Below are positions 19,311 to 26,795 of a stretch of 64,000 nt of DNA, in pieces. The notes under the pieces were generated by a model that had not been told where the DNA came from, made no database searches, and saw only the letters and a program-made list of their open reading frames with translations. The translations under genes were made by a program, and so were the position numbers. The stretch spans positions 85,369 through 149,368 of the forward strand of contig JAZDMR010000011.1 in the NCBI GenBank assembly GCA_043800725.1, written 5' to 3'. This stretch comes from a bacterium. GTDB lineage: Bacteria > Patescibacteriota > Patescibacteriia > HK-STAS-PATE-3. Every line of letters starts with the position of its first letter. Positions within the stretch are counted from its first letter, which is position 1.

Positions 19311-19380
19311 ATCTAACAACAGCGTATATACACTATCCCGACTTCACGTCGGGACGGCGCACGATACGCAAACGTTATCT
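19311..19380 (+). mobile_element. Integron attC-like site
   Basis: R'' ATCTAAC, GCGTAT/ATACGC stem, inner TCCCGAC/GTCGGGA hairpin, R' GTTATCT; 70 nt; next ATG 17 nt downstream. Confidence 0.65.
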
Positions 19381-19397
19381 GTAAAATTCTAAAATCT

Positions 19398-19796
19398 ATG
19401 GTTAAAATACGAGCGAATGTGCTGATAAAAGACCAGGAAAAAATTTTACTGATGCATAGAATAAAGAATGGTGCTGAATATTTTGTGTTGCCAGGCGGCA
19501 GCGTTGAATCAGGCGAAAGTATAATAGATGCAGCTATCCGTGAAGCAAAGGAAGAAACGGGGTTGGATGTGTCGATAGACAAAGAACTTTGGCAATTCCA
19601 CAATGATATGGATAGTAGAGATCATTACATTTTCCTTGTCACAAAATATTCTGGTAAATTAAAACTTGGCGGTCCTGAAATAGATAAAGTATCAGAGGTA
19701 AACAAATACTTACTTGAATGGCATGATTTGAGTAAACTAAAGGACGTAAAATTATTTCCAGTGGAAGTTAAAAAGAAAGTACTAGAGATCTTTTAA
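19398..19796 (+). CDS. NUDIX hydrolase
   Basis: Nudix box GGSVESGESIIDAAIREAKEETGL. Confidence 0.93.
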   Translation: MVKIRANVLIKDQEKILLMHRIKNGAEYFVLPGGSVESGESIIDAAIREAKEETGLDVSIDKELWQFHNDMDSRDHYIFLVTKYSGKLKLGGPEIDKVSEVNKYLLEWHDLSKLKDVKLFPVEVKKKVLEIF

Positions 19797-19865
19797 GCTG
19801 AAATAAAAAAGCATCTGTTGGCATTTGGTAAATAAAACCTTAAAATAAACAAAGGCACATTCACA

Positions 19866-20462
19866 GCAAAATAAGCTTGGGGGATGTACATAAATACGGC
19901 CCAGACTATTTGACGTACAGTTTTTCACCTGAACAAGGAGGGAAGGAATGCCGCGCTATACGTACAATGTAATAGGAGGAAGTACAGCGTTTGAAGAATG
20001 GGCTAAGGCACTGAAGTCGCCAGTAGTTGATAATACTGGTGATTCACCCAGTATTGTGACTACCTTTGCTTCACTTACGGTAAGCAGTCGGCGGATTTTT
20101 CTGACAGGCGCTACAATGCGATTGTCGAAACGGCCGCCTGAACCCCCAGACCTCAAAGATGCGCTTACTCATAAGATCAAGATTGACGTTCTTGAACTGC
20201 AGAAATGCGAAGGGCCGAGTGAAGCCGAGCCGACCAAACCGTTGATGCTGAGGTTTGGTGGCCGGCTAGATACCAAAGCGGCTTTAGCAGTCATAGATCC
20301 TGAAAAGCCGGAAATTAGTGCTCCGGATGTCTGCGTCTGGGGCGTGGTTACCCTGGGCAACAAAGGGTGCCAGGGAATCATCCATATCGACCCAGAAACA
20401 CAAGAGTCATAGTTCAACCTCGGGGAAGACATTTTCTTCCCCATCCCCCAAGCTTATTTTGC
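19866..20462. repeat. Unit 2 bounded by the same 21-bp inverted repeats
   Basis: GCAAAATAAGCTTGGGGGATG at 19866-19886 and its reverse complement at 20442-20462. Confidence 0.9.
19948..20412 (+). CDS. Hypothetical protein (paralog of 16079..16522)
   Basis: Same upstream leader/RBS and shared protein motifs. Confidence 0.8.
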   Translation: MPRYTYNVIGGSTAFEEWAKALKSPVVDNTGDSPSIVTTFASLTVSSRRIFLTGATMRLSKRPPEPPDLKDALTHKIKIDVLELQKCEGPSEAEPTKPLMLRFGGRLDTKAALAVIDPEKPEISAPDVCVWGVVTLGNKGCQGIIHIDPETQES

Positions 20463-20466
20463 TTAC

Positions 20467-20621
20467 AAAAAAGTGGGGGAGGCTCGGTGTCCTCCCCCGT
20501 GAGTGAGGATTCGGGCAAATGCCCATCATTGTGACTGAGAATTCATCCGAAACGACTTGTGCGGGATTCGAACCCGCACTGACTACCGAGATGTCAACAG
20601 CCAGTAAAGTCTGTCACACTC
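20467..20621 (-). ncRNA. Candidate small RNA with tRNA-like T arm
   Basis: Minus-strand TTGACA-17-TAGGCT promoter, nested stems, GTGCGGG-TTCGAAT-CCCGCAC, and GGGGGAGG/CCTCCCCC terminator with U tract. Confidence 0.6.
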
Positions 20622-20940
20622 AGTTCGAGCCTATTCCAAACCGAAATATATGTCAATATTTGGGTATTTTCATAATAGTGCTATATTCAAAATCCAATGC
20701 CCCAGACAGCTGAAACACGAGCTAAAATTACTATGGGAGTATTTGGGTACCTTTTTAAAGTAGGGAAGTGGTTGACAATCGATAAGACAATTGATGAATA
20801 CTATATGACAATTTAGTTTACAATTACAAATAAGTACTTGACAATTAATTCCTACGGAATGAGTAGATGGGATTACATAACTTCAATGACTTTTGTTTCA
20901 CAATAGATATGCCCTATATCCCACAGCTGAAATCAAGAAT

Positions 20941-21240
20941 ATGAAAATCCAAATAAGCAGTGATATAGAAAAGTTTATCTCAACCCTTGAAAAACCAACC
21001 ATTGCGAAAATTTTTCGAACTGTTGATTTACTTGAAATATTTGGTAATCGACTTGGAATGCCACACAGTAAAAAGGTAAAAGGGGGGATTTTTGAGCTTC
21101 GTATTCGCGGCCAACAGGAAGTTCGTATTCTCTATACCTTTCAAAAAAGAGAAATTGTCTTACTACATGGGTTTATTAAGAAATCTCAGAAAACCCCAAA
21201 GCGTGAAATTAAATTAGCTATTAAAAAACTACAAAACTGA
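20941..21240 (+). CDS. RelE/ParE-family (Gp49-like) toxin
   Basis: LGMPHSKKV.GGIFELRIRG..RILY..LLHGFIKKSQKTP.REI. Confidence 0.88.
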   Translation: MKIQISSDIEKFISTLEKPTIAKIFRTVDLLEIFGNRLGMPHSKKVKGGIFELRIRGQQEVRILYTFQKREIVLLHGFIKKSQKTPKREIKLAIKKLQN

Positions 21241-21326
21241 CATAATATAATATCTCTTGACATAATATAACATATACGTTATATTTATAATAATTACTAT
21301 AAGGTTATATAAACGAGATAAAACCT

Positions 21327-21611
21327 ATGAAATCCTATAAAACTCTAAAAAGCCAATTACTCAAAGATAAGGGAATCAAAAAAGCCTATGATGAATTAGG
21401 ACCTGAGTTTGAATTGGTGCAACTGGTTATTAAAAAGCGTCTTGAACAAGGGCTAACGCAGGCAGAGCTGGCAAAAAAGATTGGTACTAAACAGGCAGCG
21501 ATTTCCCGTCTGGAGAGCGGTACGTCAAATCCCACAGTGTCTTTTTTACAAAAGGTGGCAGAAGCATTAGGTACGCGACTAAATATTTCAATTTCTACAT
21601 CTCCTCAATAA
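21327..21611 (+). CDS. XRE-family HTH antitoxin (HigA-like)
   Basis: GLTQAELAKKIGTKQAAISRLESG..NPT; follows the toxin gene. Confidence 0.88.
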   Translation: MKSYKTLKSQLLKDKGIKKAYDELGPEFELVQLVIKKRLEQGLTQAELAKKIGTKQAAISRLESGTSNPTVSFLQKVAEALGTRLNISISTSPQ

Positions 21612-21641
21612 TCTGAATGTCTGAAATAAAGATACAAGTAT

Positions 21642-22394
21642 TTGTCCCTGACCACTGAAACACAAGCTATCATCCTAGAACGCCGGTCCATGAAAGAGTA
21701 TGATCGGCGGGTTGTGGTATTTACCAAGAACTTTGGCCGGTTGGATTTGATCGCCAAAGGCACTTTGCGATTGGCTAGTAAGTTGGCCGGGTCGCTGGAG
21801 CCTTTAACAGAGACTAATCTTAATATCGCGCGCGGTAGATTTGATCGAGTTATAGGATCGGTTACTCGTGAGGCCTGGCCCAGACTGCATAATGATTTAG
21901 AAGCATTAGCGGCAGCCAGCTTCTTGGCTCAAGTGACTAGTCAGCTGGCTCAGAAAGAAAGTCCTGATCCGGCTATTTATAATCAGCTGCAATTCAGCTT
22001 AGCTCAGCTTAATGAAATTCCCAGTGACCAGTTTACAATAATTGTCAGGCGGTATTTATGGCAGCTGTTTGATCACTTAGGATTCAAGCCGCAGCTTTCT
22101 AAGTGCGTGCGCTGTGGGAAAAGCGAATCTATTAAATATACTTATGTTTCAGAAGCTGGCGGGGCAGTTTGCGAGCAGTGCCAGACGGCGGGCAGTAAGG
22201 GGATTGCCTTGACAGCCAATACGGTTGAGGCTTTAAACAGCTTGCTTAATAATAAGACAGACGCTACTCCGGCGAACAAGACTACAGACAGAACCATTGC
22301 TCAAATAATTGATCAAACGTTGCTAATACATACTCAGAAGCATTTGCCTACCGATTCCTTTTGGCGCAGCATCAACAGGTTTATAAATCAATAA
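21642..22394 (+). CDS. recO: DNA repair protein RecO
   Basis: AIIL....KEYDR.V..FTK..G.....AKG....SKLAG.LEP; CxxC..CxxC zinc site. Confidence 0.93.
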   Translation: MSLTTETQAIILERRSMKEYDRRVVVFTKNFGRLDLIAKGTLRLASKLAGSLEPLTETNLNIARGRFDRVIGSVTREAWPRLHNDLEALAAASFLAQVTSQLAQKESPDPAIYNQLQFSLAQLNEIPSDQFTIIVRRYLWQLFDHLGFKPQLSKCVRCGKSESIKYTYVSEAGGAVCEQCQTAGSKGIALTANTVEALNSLLNNKTDATPANKTTDRTIAQIIDQTLLIHTQKHLPTDSFWRSINRFINQ

Positions 22395-22415
22395 TCTGCT
22401 ATAATACTGCCAGTT

Positions 22416-24335
22416 ATGGTAAAAAAGATTTACAAACCAAAGAAGATTGATCGGACTGAATCAATCAAGGGAATCAGCCAGGAGGAGAAAGAACGAATCA
22501 AGGCTTTTCAAGCTGTTTTGGAGCAGTCTTCCACTGAAAATGGCAGAAAAACAGATATGACCAAGATGGTCAGAAAAAAACCCAGGCATTGGGGCCGGAT
22601 TATCTTCTTTTTATCTTTATCGTTGATTGCCTTGGCCAGCGTGGCCGGGTATTTTTATTTTACCTCGGCGGAGAAGTTCACCGGCTCTTTGGTGCGCTTA
22701 AATTTGGAAGTATCTGAGCAGGTGGCTTCCGGCGGCGAAACCACCCTAACGATATTTTATGAAAATGGCGAGGCGGTCACTTTACGCGAAGCTCAGCTGG
22801 CTGTCCGCTATCCTGACGGCTTTACTTACTTATCCGCCGATATCAAGCCGTCCAATGAAGGCCTGAATGCCTTTGAGCTGGGCGATATCAAGCCGGGCGT
22901 GGGCAAACAATTAGAAATTCGCGGTAGGATAGTTGGCGATGTGGGCAGTCAAAGCAATTTTGACGTTACCTTAAGCTATGTGCCGGCAACTTTTAACTCT
23001 GAATTTTTAACAGAGGCCAGCAAAACAATAACAATTACCGATACGACTTTAGGCTTGGTATTTGACGGGTCTCAGCGGGCAATTCCGGATAATGAAATTA
23101 CCTATACTATTGATTATGAAAATGCTTCTAGCGAGGCTATTCGCCAGGCCCGCATTAGCTTGGAAATCCCTGAAGCATTTGTCATTAGACGAACTGAGCC
23201 GGAAACCGAAGGGATTCGCAGCTGGACAATTCATGAATTAGAGCCCGGCGAAACAGGTACGATAACTTTTACCGGGGTGTTTAGCGGTACGGCCGGGGAA
23301 TTAAATGAGCTGATTGTCAGGGCAGGATTGATTTCCACCGAAGGAACTTTTCAGCTGCAAACCGAGAAAAGGCTTATTGTCCAAATTGTCCAGCCGGAGA
23401 CTTCAGTTGACCTGACCATCAACGGATCGGAAAAAGACCAAACTACCAGCCTGGGCAGCACTTTGAATTATGTTGTCAGTTATTCCAATCAGACCGATGA
23501 AGTGCTTCGCGACATGGTGATAAGCGCTAAATTAGAAGGCCAAGTAATTGACTGGGACAGTTTAGTAAACACCCGCGATGCTCAAGTCGAGGACGGAACC
23601 CTGACCTGGACCAAGGATCAAGTTGATGATTTGGCAGAACTTACACCCGGCGCCGAAGGCTCGGTCAGTTTTTCAGTCCGAGTAGTTACCGGCCTGGCAA
23701 TCGATTCAGATTTAACAAATTTGGAAATTATCAGCAGCGGAAGATTGGAAGCCAAGTCAGATGATTTAGGCGAAAATTTAATTACAGCGGAGACAGAACA
23801 GATCACCCTGAAAGTCAGCACGCAGCTTCAGTTAACTACCGAGGCCCGCTATTATACTGATGATTTTACCAAGCTGGGCGAGGGTCCTTTGCCGCCTGTC
23901 GTAGACCAGACAACCAAATATCGGCTTTACTGGTATTTGGATAATACTCTTAACAATACGGAGGATGTCAGCGTAGTAGCCACGATTCCGCCGGAGGTAT
24001 TTTTCACCGGACGATACTTAGATGCTTCGGTGGGCAATATCCAGTTTCAAGCTGAGACCAGAAAAGTAATTTGGGATATTTCCAAGATTCCTTCCGGAAC
24101 AGGCCGTGATTTACCCAGCTTGCTGGCTACCTTTGAATTATCCATCACTCCAGGAACGAGCGATGTCGGCAGCATCTTAGTGTTAACTGACGCAACCACG
24201 GCTACGGGCACCGATGCGTTCACCGAGTCGGAAATCTCGGTTACTCAAGATGTTTTGACCACCAATCTTGATGCTGATCAATATGCCCAAGGGCAAGGCA
24301 AGGTTGAACTGGCTGAGCTGGAAGCAGAGGATTAA
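22416..24335 (+). CDS. Membrane-anchored protein with Ig-like/DUF11-type repeats
   Basis: Single N-terminal TM then repeated beta-rich YTI.Y.N / W.I..L.PG motifs. Confidence 0.7.
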   Translation: MVKKIYKPKKIDRTESIKGISQEEKERIKAFQAVLEQSSTENGRKTDMTKMVRKKPRHWGRIIFFLSLSLIALASVAGYFYFTSAEKFTGSLVRLNLEVSEQVASGGETTLTIFYENGEAVTLREAQLAVRYPDGFTYLSADIKPSNEGLNAFELGDIKPGVGKQLEIRGRIVGDVGSQSNFDVTLSYVPATFNSEFLTEASKTITITDTTLGLVFDGSQRAIPDNEITYTIDYENASSEAIRQARISLEIPEAFVIRRTEPETEGIRSWTIHELEPGETGTITFTGVFSGTAGELNELIVRAGLISTEGTFQLQTEKRLIVQIVQPETSVDLTINGSEKDQTTSLGSTLNYVVSYSNQTDEVLRDMVISAKLEGQVIDWDSLVNTRDAQVEDGTLTWTKDQVDDLAELTPGAEGSVSFSVRVVTGLAIDSDLTNLEIISSGRLEAKSDDLGENLITAETEQITLKVSTQLQLTTEARYYTDDFTKLGEGPLPPVVDQTTKYRLYWYLDNTLNNTEDVSVVATIPPEVFFTGRYLDASVGNIQFQAETRKVIWDISKIPSGTGRDLPSLLATFELSITPGTSDVGSILVLTDATTATGTDAFTESEISVTQDVLTTNLDADQYAQGQGKVELAELEAED

Positions 24336-24336
24336 C

Positions 24337-25452
24337 ATGCCACAGAATAGCAAGTTTCAGCTTGTTCAAGGATCAAAAAAGAGCCAGGCCCGGATGGGCC
24401 GGTTAAAAACCAAGCACGGCCTGGTTGCCACGCCGGCTTTTATGCCCATTGCCACGCGCGGCTCAGTACGTTCTCTGGAGATTGATGCGCTTACCGCGCT
24501 TAAAGCCTCGATAATTCTGTCCAACACTTATCATCTCTGGATCAAGCCGGGTTTAAATTTAATTAACCGAGCCGGAGGTTTGCATAAGTTTATGAATTGG
24601 GCCGGACCGATCTTAACTGATTCAGGCGGCTATCAGGTTTTTAGTCTGTCCAAGTTTAGAAAAATTACTGATCAGGGCGTTAAATTCCGAGACAATCAAG
24701 ACGGCACCATGAGACTACTTACGCCAGAACGGGCCATGTCTATTCAGGCAATTTTGGGTTCTGACATTGCCATGGTCTTGGATGAAGTGCCGTCGTATAA
24801 CAGCAGTCGCCAGGTTATTCAAAGTGCGGTTACTCGATCAACGGCCTGGGCCAAGCGCTGCTTAAAAGCCAAGTCGTTACCTGGCCAGCTGGTTTTCAGT
24901 ATTATCCAGGGCGGAACACACAAAGATTTGCGAATTAACCATGCCCGTGAATTAATCAAGCTGCCTTTTGACGGTTATGCAGTAGGCGGCTTGGCCATGG
25001 GCGAGTCAACCCAGATGCAGGCCAAAATGATTTACCAGGCATTAAATTGGGTTGTGCCGGAATTACCAATAAATAAACCGCGCTACTTAATGGGCGTGGG
25101 GCCGCCGGATCAGATTGTCCAGGCTGTAAGTCAAGGCATTGATATGTTTGACTGCGTTTTGCCCACTCGCAATGCCCGACATGAATTATTATATATTTGG
25201 AAAAGCGGAAATTTGAACGGCAAGTTTTGGGAGAGTTTAAATATTTCCAAATCGCGTTATAAAAACGATCTCAGGCCGATTGATCAAAGGTGCGATTGCT
25301 CAACCTGTTTATCTTACACTCGAGCTTACCTGCGCCACTTATTCGCTACCCAGGATCCCTTGGCCCAGCGCTTGGCCACCATTCATAATCTCAGATTTTA
25401 TTTGAGATTAATGGACGAGATCCGCCAGGCTATTAAGCAAGGCAAGTTGTGA
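24337..25452 (+). CDS. tgt: tRNA-guanine transglycosylase
   Basis: TPAFMP, LTDSGGYQVFSL, PRYLMGVG, DMFDCVLPTRNAR, CDCSTC; ATG 24337 in frame. Confidence 0.97.
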   Translation: MPQNSKFQLVQGSKKSQARMGRLKTKHGLVATPAFMPIATRGSVRSLEIDALTALKASIILSNTYHLWIKPGLNLINRAGGLHKFMNWAGPILTDSGGYQVFSLSKFRKITDQGVKFRDNQDGTMRLLTPERAMSIQAILGSDIAMVLDEVPSYNSSRQVIQSAVTRSTAWAKRCLKAKSLPGQLVFSIIQGGTHKDLRINHARELIKLPFDGYAVGGLAMGESTQMQAKMIYQALNWVVPELPINKPRYLMGVGPPDQIVQAVSQGIDMFDCVLPTRNARHELLYIWKSGNLNGKFWESLNISKSRYKNDLRPIDQRCDCSTCLSYTRAYLRHLFATQDPLAQRLATIHNLRFYLRLMDEIRQAIKQGKL

Positions 25453-25682
25453 TGAAGAGTATAAAAATATCAGTGAAAGTTATTCCAGGCTCTTCGGAGA
25501 ATAAGGTGATTGTTGGTGACGAGGGCAATATTCAAGTACGATTAACTGCTTTGGCAGACCAGGGGAAAGCCAATAAAGCGTTAATCAAATTACTGGCCAA
25601 ACATTTTAAAACAGCCCAATCAAGCATCACAATCACACGGGGCGGTAAATCAAAACAGAAAATTGTATTAATACAAAAGTAA
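25449..25682 (+). CDS. DUF167 (YggU) family protein
   Basis: VKVIPGS..GKANKALIKLLAKHF..I..G.KSK.K. Confidence 0.85.
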   Translation: MMKSIKISVKVIPGSSENKVIVGDEGNIQVRLTALADQGKANKALIKLLAKHFKTAQSSITITRGGKSKQKIVLIQK

Positions 25683-25716
25683 ACGCCCGGCTCTATGGAA
25701 AAGAAACGGGCGTTGG

Positions 25717-26265
25717 TTAGGTTTTATTGTCAATTTCCGGCTGGACAATTTCTATTACGCAGAGCTCTTGGCCCCACTCAATAGTATCGTTGTGTCGGGG
25801 CAGCACTTTTACAATCCTGATGGCATCAAAATCCCGGGTTGGCAAGTAGCGATTTTTACCCAAGCACAGCCAGATGATTTCAAGATTAATTTCAATCAGA
25901 TTATCCAGTACGACCATCAAAGTAATCCGATCGCCCTTTTTATACTGGCCAAGAATTTTTTGGTCAGGATTGTAGAATCTGCCTACCGCAAGCGCTCGGA
26001 GCACCAATCTTCTGTCTTGAGGCAATTCAATTTTGGATTGGGGAGGAAGAGCGACATGGACGTTTTGGCTAGGCAGCGGGGAATCTTTAACGATTGTTTG
26101 AGATAGGCGATAGCGATATCTGGTGAATAATGATGTCCAGGAATTGCACGGCCCGTTTTGCTGATCAGATGATTTGGCAGCGGAGATTGTTTGATCAAGG
26201 TGTTTTTGAAATTCATTTATCCGGCCGAAAATCCAGCGATCTATCAAAGAACGAATAAACTTCAT
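25717..26265 (-). CDS. Hypothetical protein with degenerate biotinyl/lipoyl-like C-terminal domain
   Basis: AVGRFY, KKGDRI and IVKVL....DTIEWGQELCVIE resemble BCCP motifs; no AMK motif. Confidence 0.45.
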   Translation of the reverse strand: MKFIRSLIDRWIFGRINEFQKHLDQTISAAKSSDQQNGPCNSWTSLFTRYRYRLSQTIVKDSPLPSQNVHVALPPQSKIELPQDRRLVLRALAVGRFYNPDQKILGQYKKGDRITLMVVLDNLIEINLEIIWLCLGKNRYLPTRDFDAIRIVKVLPRHNDTIEWGQELCVIEIVQPEIDNKT

Positions 26266-26425
26266 ATCATGACCTCGTTTATTTTTTTGTTTATTTAATT
26301 GGCCTGTCTTGGCCCTTTGGTCGCTTGTATCTCATTATATTTCTGATGTATTGTCCATATTGCCAAACTGGGAAAAAAGTGCTATAATACAATCATTAAT
26401 AAAAAAATGAAAACGAAAAAATTCC

Positions 26426-26794
26426 ATGCCTAGCAAGACACAGTCACATTACTCTGTAACCTTTTTATTAAAGGAACTGCTTTTTGATGTGGCTATGTTT
26501 CCGGTCTGGTGGTATTCCAGTGGGTTGAAAAAAGTCGCCCAATTTTGGCTAAGGGGGGTTTTAAAGCATGCTGAACAGCTGTCGCTTAAAATCTGGCTGA
26601 AAAACATGTTCACTCCCATGTATGGCGATTACACCAAGAGCGGCAAGGCTATCAGTTTTTTTCTGCGCATTATAGTTTTATTCTATCGAACTGTTGCCCT
26701 GATTATCTGGGTGGCAGTTTTTAGCGTTTTCGTAATTTTATGGGCGCTGCTTCCACCTATCGTTGCTTATGCCATTGTCCGACAGTTCAACTAA
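26426..26794 (+). CDS. Conserved hypothetical membrane protein
   Basis: FPVWWYS.G, KNMFTPMYGDY, GKAISFFLR; stop 1 nt before the Clp gene start. Confidence 0.75.
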   Translation: MPSKTQSHYSVTFLLKELLFDVAMFPVWWYSSGLKKVAQFWLRGVLKHAEQLSLKIWLKNMFTPMYGDYTKSGKAISFFLRIIVLFYRTVALIIWVAVFSVFVILWALLPPIVAYAIVRQFN

Positions 26795-26795
26795 T

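Noticed and set aside
20553-20610. Canonical tRNA on the minus strand
   Set aside because: Only the T arm is canonical; no D arm or proper anticodon loop, so reported as an ncRNA candidate instead
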